Below, one piece after another: positions 8,274 to 17,542 of a stretch of 28,170 nt of DNA. The notes under the pieces are model-generated. The model did not search any database, was not told where the DNA came from, and was given only the letters and a program-made list of their open reading frames with translations. A program made the position numbers and the translations under genes. Each line of letters opens with the position of its first letter. Position 1 is the first letter of the stretch. The stretch comes from a virus (Duplodnaviria; Caudoviricetes): IMG/VR virus record IMGVR_UViG_3300027656_000038, positions 1 to 28,170 of that record. One strand, given 5' to 3'.

Positions 8274-10084
8274 CCGAATGTTGCGGTTCTTACTCTTTGG
8301 CGTTGTAGTTGTTGTGCGGTCGTTACGTCACCACCCACAACGTATGCACGGATGGGTTGGTTGAACTGACCACCGATGCTCTGCGCAAGTTGGTTCACTC
8401 CACCCTGTCCTACGATGTTAAACTGCGGTGGTTGTGATGGCGCAGAAGGGGAATTGATTGCAGCAGGAGCAGAGGAGGTTCCTGTCGGTTGTGCTGCGTT
8501 GATATTGCGTATTGCTGCAAATGTAGTTGCTGCAAGTGCTGCGTATTGTACCCCTCTGTTTATTGAGGCAAAGGGCTCGGGGAGTGAGGTGCTACTATTA
8601 AAGATACCAACTGCTGCTTGCGCTGCATCCACAATTACGTTTGCCGTTGCAATGGCTTTGCTCTTTTGGAATACTGCACCAAGCGCACCCTGTACCGCAT
8701 CAATAGTGCGATTTATTTCTGCGAGTTTTGCGTCTTGCTCTGCTTTGTTTATCGCCTTTGTTGCTGCTGCGGTTTTTTCTGTGATAGCAACAATCTCGGC
8801 AGCTTGTTTTTTCTCAAGGGCAATCCTATCCTCTACCGATAATTCAGTTAGTTGAAGAATGGCAAAGTATTTATCGTTGACTGCGTTTATCTCACGTTGT
8901 TGGTCGGTGAGTAGCATCTCGTATGCTTTGTCTAATAAAGCTCCCTGCTGCAAAGCAAAGTCTTGCGCGGCCTTCTCCTCTAATGCTGCAAACTCTTGAG
9001 CTGCTTTTAGCTTCTCATCGGCTGCTGCTTTCTCCTCTGCCCTCAATCCCTTTACTTCAGTACCAAGCCTACGCTTGCGAGCGATGCTCGCCTGCTCTAA
9101 CTCCAAAACACGAGCCTCTGCTTCTGCAATGGCTACCAACTGCTCCTCGTTTACCTCCGATATTTTTGACTGCGCCCTCAAGGCTGCAAGCCTTAATGTT
9201 TGGTTTGCTACTTCTTTTGCCGCTACTTCTTCTTCTAACGCTCCTGCTTTCTCTACCGCAGCGATACGCTCCTCTGTGCTTTTGGTTAGGTCATCAGCGA
9301 TGAATCGTGCCTCTGCAATCTGCTTGTTTGCCTTTGCACGTTGTACAATTAGCGCACGTTCTGCATCTTCTACCGCATTTAATAATGCTGCGACTCTTGC
9401 TCCCTCTTTGCCTGCTGCCACCAATGTTTTGCCAAACTCAACCGTTGCATCTACTGCTGCGCCAACTTTGTCGGTGATGTCCTCAACGCCAAGCACAACC
9501 TTGCCTGCTGCATCGGCTGCGGTCTTCGCTGCTGCGGAGAACTCACCCTTTAATGCAAGGCTGATTGCTTTACCCAAAGCAGGAAGCAACTCAAGCAAAC
9601 CTTCAATTCTATTGGTGATATTTTCTTTTAGCAGTTTGCCAAAATCCTTGAGGGCTTGCTGCGGATTCTGAAATGCCTCAAAGAGCTTCTCGCCAAGTTT
9701 AACGAGTACATCAGTCAGTTTGCCAACTACTGCGCCAAGTGCGCCAAGAACAACCGCTAATGCATCACCACCACGCTCGGTCTTTGAGAAATAACTGACA
9801 AGCGATGTTACTGCGACTAGCAACGCACCCAATCCCGTTGCAATGATTGCTCCCTTGAGTGTGCCGAATGCTTTTACCGCACTACCAATGCCACCCTGCA
9901 AACTCTTGAACGCAGATACTGCACCGCCTGTGCGCTTATCAAGTGCTTCAAGTCCACTACTGATGGCCTCGTTTGTCTCTTTGGCTTTGGTCTGCGTCTT
10001 GTCAGCCTCTATCCCTACGGCTTTAAGCGCAGCAATAGCGGATGTAGCATCCCCTTTAATCTCAATTATTTCAACTGCCGCCAT
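8270..10084 (-). CDS. Tape-measure-like protein
   Basis: 604 aa, Ala/Lys/Glu-rich helical; hydrophobic segments (IIATGLGALLVAVTSLVSYF); long coiled coil. Confidence 0.7.
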   Translation of the reverse strand: MAAVEIIEIKGDATSAIAALKAVGIEADKTQTKAKETNEAISSGLEALDKRTGGAVSAFKSLQGGIGSAVKAFGTLKGAIIATGLGALLVAVTSLVSYFSKTERGGDALAVVLGALGAVVGKLTDVLVKLGEKLFEAFQNPQQALKDFGKLLKENITNRIEGLLELLPALGKAISLALKGEFSAAAKTAADAAGKVVLGVEDITDKVGAAVDATVEFGKTLVAAGKEGARVAALLNAVEDAERALIVQRAKANKQIAEARFIADDLTKSTEERIAAVEKAGALEEEVAAKEVANQTLRLAALRAQSKISEVNEEQLVAIAEAEARVLELEQASIARKRRLGTEVKGLRAEEKAAADEKLKAAQEFAALEEKAAQDFALQQGALLDKAYEMLLTDQQREINAVNDKYFAILQLTELSVEDRIALEKKQAAEIVAITEKTAAATKAINKAEQDAKLAEINRTIDAVQGALGAVFQKSKAIATANVIVDAAQAAVGIFNSSTSLPEPFASINRGVQYAALAATTFAAIRNINAAQPTGTSSAPAAINSPSAPSQPPQFNIVGQGGVNQLAQSIGGQFNQPIRAYVVGGDVTTAQQLQRQRVRTATFG

Positions 10085-10218
10085 TGTAGCTTAATATATT
10101 CATTCCATCCTTCGGGTAGTTTGTTCTTGCCTTTGGCGATTTCAACGCAATCACCTGCTCCAAGCCACTCATCCGAGTTTAGTATTTCAATTAAATAACT
10201 TAAATAACCTTTCTTCAT
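10066..10218 (-). CDS. Small hypothetical protein (50 aa, not in ORF track)
   Basis: MKKGYLSYLIEILNSDEWLGAGDCVEIAKGKNKLPEGWNEYIKLQWRQLK; ATGA overlap with the upstream gene and fills the gap to the tape measure gene. Confidence 0.65.
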   Translation of the reverse strand: MKKGYLSYLIEILNSDEWLGAGDCVEIAKGKNKLPEGWNEYIKLQWRQLK

Positions 10219-12356
10219 ACTACGTTGAGGAGTTCAAATGATGCTTTGCCTGTGGTCATATTTAGGTTGACGTTGTTTATGATGTACTTGGTGTTGTTCC
10301 AAATGATTGCATTCTGAAGGTTCAGCGTTATGATTTTACCGATAGGCAGCACCGCATCTACGTTGTACACCCTGCGCTGCTTGGAGTACAGGTCGGTAAT
10401 GTAGTCGCTCCACTCGTTATTGTAAAGGCTGCGGTTTATTGATTGAAGGTAGAATGGGTCTATGTCTGCTCCAAAGGTTATGGTGTTAGATATACCTACA
10501 CCCGCATAGCGGTTTGACGTATTGGCATACCAAGCAATATCCACTTGGGTGTGACTATCATCCGAGTTTACAAACCCTATTGGGTTTTCAGTTAAGTCGT
10601 AATTATCAAAATATCCATAAAACAAAATAGGCGCACCCAAATAGGGATTAAATACACCATCTTCGTTTGTCTCACTTGTGATGCTCTTATATACAAGTAC
10701 GTTGGTTAATGAGTCATCGTGTTGGTCGGTCAACCTCTCAAACAATGGGCATTCAAACGGAACCTCAATAAGCAAATCCTCACCATCAAAAGTGAAGATG
10801 TTGTTCAAATCACCAAAGCCGATGTTGTTTGTTTGCAGGTATTGGAATCCAAGTATCTGCTCGGTCGGTTGGTACTTAAATTCTATCTCCCTGTATAGGG
10901 GTGGTCTGTTCACCACATACTGCGTGATGTCTAAATACTCTTGGAAGTCTTTGTCGGTGCCTGCTGCGTACCAATCCTGCAACGGCTGAAGCAGGAATGT
11001 GTTAAAGGTAGTAGGCACGATTACCATATTGTACATCTTCAGAACCCCTGAAATAAAATCTTTAATTTTTATTTCGGGCATTATATCGGAAACAACAACA
11101 GTGAAGGTGTAGCTTACCGATGTGGTTTGATTTACTTGAAATTGCGAGTCAAGGGTTTCCTCATCAAACGCTTGGTAATCTATGCACCGATAGTTCATAG
11201 AGGTAGGTGATTGAGGTCTGATGTATAGCTGCACTTCTGTTCCTGTGGTAAGACGCAAAAACTCTATCGTGGTAGTGACATCCGTAGAGGGGTGTGCATT
11301 AATTAATGCTGAAGATAAAAATATACCATTCCTAAAAACACCAAGCTCATAGTTTTCATTGACGTTCCTCATTTCTATTTCTAAATAGTATGATTCAGTA
11401 TCAGCAACAGTCCAAGTGTCTGTGGTTAAATTAAATTGCGTACCACTTATCGTGTTGTTCATATTTATCAACTGCCATTCAATGTCGTTGCCCCCACTAA
11501 AGAGGTACCCTTCAAAGCGATGCAGCCATAACGACAGGTCTTGAAATGGCTCGGAGTTAACAAATTCACCTGTAAAGGTGAATCCGTACTTTGTCGCAAT
11601 GCTTTCTAAAATAGCGTAAACCTTTAGAGCAGGTTTTAATTCAAAGTAACGGATGCCCCTATTCCCTTGAGAGGGGGCTTCTCCATTGGTTCTGTACGCA
11701 ATGTTATTTTCATTATTAGCTCCCGCACCACCCTCGCTTTGATAGTACCAATTCTTAACGGGGCTGCATAGCGGATAAAACAAAGGAACGTATGTATCAG
11801 TAGTCAGCCTATCATAGATTGCCTCATCTGTGTATTCGTGGTTGAATGCGCTGAAGTCAACGTCATACAAATAATCCTCGCCAAACAAGTCCATAAGCGT
11901 TACCACATCGCCATAGAACGTCAAGGTGTACGCATACGGCTCTGTGCCTTTCAACTGCACGTTCTCTACCTCAATCACGCCTGTGCGGAAGGGTAGGGAG
12001 TTTATTTCAATTCTTGCTTCTTGTCGTAGCCTGCCATCAAAAGTATTGGCAACAGATGCGCTTGTTGCACCTGCGTTCCAAACAGTATTAAAAGTATTCC
12101 AAGTGATACCGATGCTATTCCATACGGGGCTGCCGCCTGTCTCGGTAGTGATAACAGAACTTGTGATGTTAGCGTTGTAGTAGTGCTGAAGTATCTCATT
12201 ATTGCGTGGGCTTGCAGGAATGGTAAATCCCTGCGTGAAGTCCGTGAACACCTTGCTGATGTCCTGCACGTTCTGCACCGAGAGGTTGATACTTATCTCC
12301 TCATCATCAAAGATGTCTAGCCTAAAGCCATTGACGTAAATATCAACCTTGTTCAT
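10215..12356 (-). CDS. Large tail tip / baseplate hub-like protein
   Basis: 713 aa, aromatic and beta-rich; N-terminal LDIFDDEEISINLSVQNVQDI..FTQGFTIPAS..NN pattern; adjacent to tape measure. Confidence 0.65.
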   Translation of the reverse strand: MNKVDIYVNGFRLDIFDDEEISINLSVQNVQDISKVFTDFTQGFTIPASPRNNEILQHYYNANITSSVITTETGGSPVWNSIGITWNTFNTVWNAGATSASVANTFDGRLRQEARIEINSLPFRTGVIEVENVQLKGTEPYAYTLTFYGDVVTLMDLFGEDYLYDVDFSAFNHEYTDEAIYDRLTTDTYVPLFYPLCSPVKNWYYQSEGGAGANNENNIAYRTNGEAPSQGNRGIRYFELKPALKVYAILESIATKYGFTFTGEFVNSEPFQDLSLWLHRFEGYLFSGGNDIEWQLINMNNTISGTQFNLTTDTWTVADTESYYLEIEMRNVNENYELGVFRNGIFLSSALINAHPSTDVTTTIEFLRLTTGTEVQLYIRPQSPTSMNYRCIDYQAFDEETLDSQFQVNQTTSVSYTFTVVVSDIMPEIKIKDFISGVLKMYNMVIVPTTFNTFLLQPLQDWYAAGTDKDFQEYLDITQYVVNRPPLYREIEFKYQPTEQILGFQYLQTNNIGFGDLNNIFTFDGEDLLIEVPFECPLFERLTDQHDDSLTNVLVYKSITSETNEDGVFNPYLGAPILFYGYFDNYDLTENPIGFVNSDDSHTQVDIAWYANTSNRYAGVGISNTITFGADIDPFYLQSINRSLYNNEWSDYITDLYSKQRRVYNVDAVLPIGKIITLNLQNAIIWNNTKYIINNVNLNMTTGKASFELLNVV

Positions 12357-13567
12357 CGTACCAAGCTGCGCTCATCAAATCCGAAGTCAAATGACATTGT
12401 GTAATTGATGAGCCTTGTGTTCACGCTCTTTTGGTACTCTATGCTGCCACGATTCGGAACTGCACTCACCCAGTTGCTATTGGTATAGACCGCGACATAC
12501 TCGCTCATCAGAATATCCTCAATCGTTTCATCGTAGTCTTGGTCAACAAACCCTGTGTTTAGGGATAGGGTGTTGCGCGAGTTGACATTAAAAGATTGGT
12601 ATTTGCCTATCTCCAATGAAGGGGTGGTGAAGCCATCGTTGTAGATGCTCTTTTGGTATGAGTCCTGCGTGAAGTTACCACGCTCATCGCTGCGCTTGAA
12701 GAACGTGATGAAGTCAGCAACGCCAAAGCGGTTGATGAAAGCCACCTGCACAGGGTCGTACTTGGGTTCGCAGATTAGGTAGTAGCGTACTGTTGTAATT
12801 GTATCGCCTACTGAATCTTTTAGAATGACATCGTAGTAGTCCCCTGCTTCGTGAGTAGAGGGCTTAATGGTGTTATCTATGTAGGGGTTGTTCTCAAGGT
12901 TTGCAGCACCCACCCCTGCGTAGATTACAAGGTCTTGGGAGTTGTTGCTTGTTGGGTCGGGAGGGGTGCTGCTAATAGCGGTTGTGTAGAAGGTATCGGC
13001 ATCGCCATTGTTCCAAGCAATCTCAATTTCTACAAAGTCATTAGCCAAGCTATTGTTGATTGCAAGGGACTCGTAGTTACCGATAAGCACCTGCCTGTCT
13101 CTGCTCGTTGCAAGCACCAACTGCGATACCGCAACAGGGGCAATGTTGTCACGGGTTGCCCATCCATCGGTTGCGATAAAGGCTTGAGCGTTATTGCCTG
13201 ACCAAACAGCGTCTTCAGGCGCATCTCCGTTGTTTGAGTATGTCCACTCACCAAGAGGAGCAACCCACAATACCTCCGCAGGGGGGCTTTGCGTGAAACC
13301 TATGTCATCCCATACGCTGAAGTCGTGGTAGAACTCCGAACGCATTAGGTCACTTATCTCGTAGTTGATTACCTCGTTAATGGAGTAGGTCTTGTTAAGA
13401 AGGTAGTTTGCCGTTGCAGGCAATGTCTTTGCTCCTGAATAAATATACAAATCTAAGGACATCGCGTTAAGCTCATCAGCAGCAAGGGCGTTGTTTTTGC
13501 CCGTTATAAACAAAGGGCTACGAGCCATTGAAAGGCTGCTTGGTGTGGATGCAGTAGGTGTACTCAT
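12353..13567 (-). CDS. Putative distal tail / structural protein
   Basis: 404 aa beta-rich; C-terminal CEPKYDPVQVAFINRFG...LNTGFV; ATGA-coupled to the tail tip gene. Confidence 0.6.
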   Translation of the reverse strand: MSTPTASTPSSLSMARSPLFITGKNNALAADELNAMSLDLYIYSGAKTLPATANYLLNKTYSINEVINYEISDLMRSEFYHDFSVWDDIGFTQSPPAEVLWVAPLGEWTYSNNGDAPEDAVWSGNNAQAFIATDGWATRDNIAPVAVSQLVLATSRDRQVLIGNYESLAINNSLANDFVEIEIAWNNGDADTFYTTAISSTPPDPTSNNSQDLVIYAGVGAANLENNPYIDNTIKPSTHEAGDYYDVILKDSVGDTITTVRYYLICEPKYDPVQVAFINRFGVADFITFFKRSDERGNFTQDSYQKSIYNDGFTTPSLEIGKYQSFNVNSRNTLSLNTGFVDQDYDETIEDILMSEYVAVYTNSNWVSAVPNRGSIEYQKSVNTRLINYTMSFDFGFDERSLVR

Positions 13568-13571
13568 TTTT

Positions 13572-14069
13572 TTAGAAACTATTTTTTATTGCGTCAGCAA
13601 TTTCGGGTGGCAGCTTATTGATTGCGATATTAAATGGAGTGCTGAAAAATTTAGTGGGAGTAATACCCTGCCGATACACAGACTCACGGACTGCAAAAGG
13701 ATTTAGTCCTTTGCTCTCTGACCAAGCCTTGAATGCAGATACAGGAGGCTTCTTGTCCTTGTACCTAAAGGGGCTATTGGGTGCTTTCTGCCTCCATATC
13801 TTGCCCTTGTTGTTTCGCCTGTTGAATGCGCTTGTACTCTTTCTCGTGCCACCTGCGCCCTTTACGCCCTTGTCTTGGAACTCACCATAGTCCTCCATAA
13901 AGAAACTCATTGAGAACTTATCATTTGAGTAGTAGACACTATATCGAAGGGAATTGTAAAGGGTCTTGTTGAAGTTGTGCTTGCCTTTGGTGAGGTTAGT
14001 CCTCGCCTGTTGAATGACATATTTGCCAAACTTAATAAGTACTGCAGCAACCAAATCAGCCCGTGCCAT
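13572..14069 (-). CDS. Putative neck/tail completion protein (HK97 gp10-like)
   Basis: Basic 165 aa; LYNSL, YGEFQDKGVKG and GITPTKFFS patterns; lies in the tail module. Confidence 0.5.
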   Translation of the reverse strand: MARADLVAAVLIKFGKYVIQQARTNLTKGKHNFNKTLYNSLRYSVYYSNDKFSMSFFMEDYGEFQDKGVKGAGGTRKSTSAFNRRNNKGKIWRQKAPNSPFRYKDKKPPVSAFKAWSESKGLNPFAVRESVYRQGITPTKFFSTPFNIAINKLPPEIADAIKNSF

Positions 14070-14070
14070 T

Positions 14071-14538
14071 TTAGCAGACGCTTATCTCGGTGTTTGCAAG
14101 CAGCACGTCAAACGTAGCAGTCCACCCCGCAAGCAAGTTCTCGAACCTCTCGCTAAAGGGAACGCAAGTCGCAGTACCATCCAACTGATAAAGGTCGGTG
14201 TACAGAGTACCCCTCCGTAATTCCTGCACCACATCGTTGATGACCGCAAGCTGCGTGTTCAGTATGTTTTGCTCGTTGCTGATGCCATAGAACGGCTCTG
14301 CCTGCAATCTTGGATTCTCTTTGGTCTCATCTACCAAGTCCATACAAACAAGGCTTACGTTCATACGAACTACTTGTCCATCAAATGTTGCTTGGTTGAT
14401 AATGATGTGCGACAAAGGGAAGATGGTCTGCTTGTTTAGGTCTATGTCAAAAATATCCCCTGTGGTTACCACGTTGACTTGGCTATTGGCTTCAAGGGTG
14501 TCCTTGAGCTTGGTGGTGATGTCGTAGAACTGTCTCAT
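14071..14538 (-). CDS. Putative tail terminator/completion protein
   Basis: 155 aa acidic; FPLSHI and FSERFENLLAGW; position in the tail module. Confidence 0.5.
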   Translation of the reverse strand: MRQFYDITTKLKDTLEANSQVNVVTTGDIFDIDLNKQTIFPLSHIIINQATFDGQVVRMNVSLVCMDLVDETKENPRLQAEPFYGISNEQNILNTQLAVINDVVQELRRGTLYTDLYQLDGTATCVPFSERFENLLAGWTATFDVLLANTEISVC

Positions 14539-14796
14539 TTTATTGACTTTTTTATTAGGTCGTTTTCAACTTCTTGCTTTTGCTTTTCAAACGTGAGGAA
14601 GTGTAGGCACTCGTGGAGTTGAAGTTGTGTAATTGCTGCAAACTGCCTAATGTCTCCTTTAGCAAGTTGATAGATTGTAGCGTACCATCCCCATTGCTTG
14701 CTGAATTGTCCTTGCTTGGAGTATTCGTTTGATTCTTCGCCTCCAAAGAGGTCAGCATAGCCTGCAACAATTCGTTCCCTAAATGCCAAAAAAAAA
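14535..14796 (-). CDS. C-terminal (-1 frame) part of frameshifted tail assembly chaperone
   Basis: The -1 frame entered at the T9 run reads LAFRERIVAGYADLFGG...WGWYATIYQLAKGDI...FEKQK and ends ATGA-coupled to the next gene. Confidence 0.65.
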
Positions 14797-15268
14797 GCGT
14801 TGCGCCCATAGCAACACTCATCGGGGCTTGCTTCATCTGCTCGGCATACCTACCTGCTCCCTCATACGGCTCTATCAGATACCGATGCTTGACCTCGTTT
14901 GTGATAGGCCGATACAATACCGCCATCGCTTTGTGCAGGTCTTGCACGTCTTGCAGGTAGCCATCAAGGTCAACGAACTCGCCATAGGTGATATTGTCTA
15001 GTTCTGGGATGAACCCGTACTTGGTGTCCCCCATCGTGAAGGTTGGCGTAAGACTTGGCTTCTCGTTTATCATCGCCATTATGTGCTTGCTGATGTGGCT
15101 CACATCTTTGATGCGCACATTCGGAAGATTGGCAAGAGGCACTCCGCAGAATATCTCAAGCATCTTGTGGGTCAAGAACTCCTCATCGCCCTCAAGCCTC
15201 GCAAAGCGTTGGTATTGGTCAAGCGTTATCTCTGATAGGGCGGTGGGTACAATAACCTTTAGTTCCAT
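14555..15268 (-). CDS. Tail assembly chaperone (zero-frame product)
   Basis: VPTALSEITLDQYQ and ITYGEFVDLD motifs; contains the CTT TTT TTT TGG slippery site. Confidence 0.65.
   Translation of the reverse strand: MELKVIVPTALSEITLDQYQRFARLEGDEEFLTHKMLEIFCGVPLANLPNVRIKDVSHISKHIMAMINEKPSLTPTFTMGDTKYGFIPELDNITYGEFVDLDGYLQDVQDLHKAMAVLYRPITNEVKHRYLIEPYEGAGRYAEQMKQAPMSVAMGATLFFWHLGNELLQAMLTSLEAKNQTNTPSKDNSASNGDGTLQSINLLKETLGSLQQLHNFNSTSAYTSSRLKSKSKKLKTT
14788..14796 (-). other. Programmed -1 ribosomal frameshift slippery site (U9)
   Basis: Nine consecutive T on the minus strand forming T TTT TTT in frame. Confidence 0.65.
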
Positions 15269-15291
15269 TGTATTAAAATAACCTTTTAGTT

Positions 15292-16452
15292 TTAGCGTAT
15301 GGCATACCTCCCAAAGTTAGGGCGGCTCAACTTGTTATACGTTGCATAGCGCAGCGCATCTATGGCGTGGTTGAATGCGTCTATGGGTTTGTTGAGCAGG
15401 TTGCCGTTCTTGTCTTCTACCCATTTGTAGTTCTGAAGTTCCTTGATTAGGTTGCTGCTGCGTGGGGTTACAAATAGCTTGTGCCTCTTAAGCACGTCAA
15501 TGCCCACGATAACGCTATCTGCGCCCTTCTGCGTGGGTTTCACGTTCCATCCCATACGATGCAGCTCCTCAATAGATTTGGGTTCAGCAGAGTCAGCAAA
15601 TACCTCCGTGCGCCTATCAAGCCCAAGTGAGTTTAGCACGTTGCTGATGTCGGGGTTGGTCATCCCCGTGCGGTAAATCAATTCATCCACATACAGATTG
15701 TCACCAGACTTGTAGACCGCCACAAGTGCGGTAGGGTCGTTGGTGTACCCGAAGTCCATCCCGTGACATAAGAGCGTGGCATCCGTTGGTATCTCTGCCT
15801 GCCCGTATTGGAAGATGGTGGCTCTGCTCATACCACGTTCTCCAAGTCCGTAGATTCTCCAATAATCGTTATCCGTATGTTGCAGCCTCTCTATCTCCTC
15901 CACGATGCTTGGCTCCAAGAACGGGTTATCAAGGTAGGTGGATTGGATGTACGTCACGTCATCACGAGTCAGCAGCTTGTCGTAAATCCAATGGAACGCA
16001 TCAGAGGGGTTGTAGTCAACCCATATCTTTCCTGTGGTACGAATCAAGAGCTGAAAGAAATCCTCCCAAGTGAGTTCGTTGGCCTCGTTGCAGAATAGGT
16101 AATCACGTCTTGCTCCACGTTTCTTCTGCGGTTGGTCAAGGCTGATGAACTCAAAGAGGTTGCCATTCAACTCGTAGGTGTAATCGCTCTTGTTGTGCCG
16201 TGCCTCATCGTAGAGACCGTTGGCATTTAGAATCTCAAAGAAGTCACGATAGGCCGTCATCTTCAAAGACGGCAGAGACTTGCGCACAATGGAGTACACC
16301 TTGCCTCTATCCTCCATCGCCATCACGATGAGCATCTGCAAAAGCGAGTAGGTCTTGCCCGAACGGCTACCGCCTTGATTGACTACTATCCGAGTTGGGG
16401 CGGTGTAGTTCTTCTCAAAGAGTTCGCTACTCTTTAGGTTTAGTTCGGACAA
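15292..16452 (-). CDS. terL: Terminase large subunit (PBSX-like)
   Basis: Walker A QGGSRSGKT, Walker B YLFCNEA, nuclease GMDFG, ADSAEP, NHAIDALRY. Confidence 0.95.
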   Translation of the reverse strand: MSELNLKSSELFEKNYTAPTRIVVNQGGSRSGKTYSLLQMLIVMAMEDRGKVYSIVRKSLPSLKMTAYRDFFEILNANGLYDEARHNKSDYTYELNGNLFEFISLDQPQKKRGARRDYLFCNEANELTWEDFFQLLIRTTGKIWVDYNPSDAFHWIYDKLLTRDDVTYIQSTYLDNPFLEPSIVEEIERLQHTDNDYWRIYGLGERGMSRATIFQYGQAEIPTDATLLCHGMDFGYTNDPTALVAVYKSGDNLYVDELIYRTGMTNPDISNVLNSLGLDRRTEVFADSAEPKSIEELHRMGWNVKPTQKGADSVIVGIDVLKRHKLFVTPRSSNLIKELQNYKWVEDKNGNLLNKPIDAFNHAIDALRYATYNKLSRPNFGRYAIR

Positions 16453-16726
16453 TCTCTACCTTGATTTTCGTTAGCTCATCCGATACCTCGTGTGAGTTCT
16501 CCACCCTTGCGAGTTTGGGAGTCGTATACTCTGCCATCTTGTTCAATAGGTCAAGTGCGCCCTTCGGGTCATCAGCAGCAACTTGGGTGAGCCATAGGGT
16601 CATATTCTCAAGGTTGGCTTCAATGAGGGTTTGGAATGCCTCTCGTATTTTATTGGTGGTCTTGTTTGGTGTTCCGCTTGGCCTTCCTGTGTTGCCTGCT
16701 ATGAACCTGCCTTTGTCATCTTTCAT
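16427..16726 (-). CDS. terS: Terminase small subunit (probable)
   Basis: GRFIAGNTGRPSGTPNK N-terminal motif; 99 aa overlapping the terL start. Confidence 0.75.
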   Translation of the reverse strand: MKDDKGRFIAGNTGRPSGTPNKTTNKIREAFQTLIEANLENMTLWLTQVAADDPKGALDLLNKMAEYTTPKLARVENSHEVSDELTKIKVEIVRTKPKE

Positions 16727-16757
16727 ATCCGTTGAGTTCCGTTTTTTTCGGTTCTAT

Positions 16758-17018
16758 CTAAATAACTCTTTTTGATAGGTGGTGGTCGTGTGTTGCTTGA
16801 AGTCGCTCCTTCCATTCCTTAATATCGCCATAGGTGACGTGGCAAGGTCGGCATAGTGCCATCAGATTTTCTATGGTATCAGCAATTTTGCTTCCACCCA
16901 TTCCTCTTGACTCTATGTGGTGGATGTCTTGCGCTTGGGCTTGACATACCTCGCAAGGAATGAAGTCAGTTGTGGAGTAGCCCATCCCTTTGAGGTAGGC
17001 CTTCGTGTGGTTCTTCAC
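16758..17018 (-). CDS. HNH endonuclease (terminase-associated)
   Basis: CEVC...DIHHI...ENLMALCRPCH; directly upstream of terS; probable GTG start overlapping the upstream TGA (alternative TTG 17033). Confidence 0.85.
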   Translation of the reverse strand: MKNHTKAYLKGMGYSTTDFIPCEVCQAQAQDIHHIESRGMGGSKIADTIENLMALCRPCHVTYGDIKEWKERLQATHDHHLSKRVI

Positions 17019-17542
17019 CTTTGGTAAATCCAACAGTCATCAATGAACGTAGCTCGTGGCAGGAATTCATCAACGGCTTGGATTACTCCCTGCCAATGTT
17101 GGTGGTAGTCATCTCCTGCGATGTAGCCCCCCTTCTTGACTTTGGGTAGCCATAGCTTGATGTCTTCCTTTACCGCCTCATAGGTATGGGTAAGGTCTAT
17201 GAATACTACGTCAAGGGATTCGTTGGCAAACTTCTTTGATGCTGCTTTGGATGTTGCTTTGATTGCCTTGTACTTGCGAGTTCCCATATTCTCTACAAAG
17301 AGATTGTAGACATTCTGCTCTGTTGCAAGTTTATGGGTTGTGGTCAGTTCGTTTGGCGAACCCTTCCAAGTGTCAACGATTGTGATTTCTTGGTATGTTG
17401 CGGTGTCGCATAGGTAGGCCGATGACTTACCGAGCCACGCTCCTAACTCCACGAACTTGCCATCTTGAGGCATATTGTGGATTAGGTAATCGTATGCTGC
17501 TTGGTGGTTGAACCACCCGTCTATTTGTTTGCTCGTTTTCAT
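17015..17542 (-). CDS. Class I SAM-dependent methyltransferase (Methyltransf_24-like)
   Basis: VELGAWLGKS motif I; VFIDLTHTYEAVKEDI; KKGGYIAGDDY; start placed at the ATGA overlap. Confidence 0.85.
   Translation of the reverse strand: MKTSKQIDGWFNHQAAYDYLIHNMPQDGKFVELGAWLGKSSAYLCDTATYQEITIVDTWKGSPNELTTTHKLATEQNVYNLFVENMGTRKYKAIKATSKAASKKFANESLDVVFIDLTHTYEAVKEDIKLWLPKVKKGGYIAGDDYHQHWQGVIQAVDEFLPRATFIDDCWIYQR

Noticed and set aside
14535-14789. Independent TTG-started 84-aa gene
   Set aside because: The TTG lies within the U9 slippery run; it is better explained as the -1 frameshift extension
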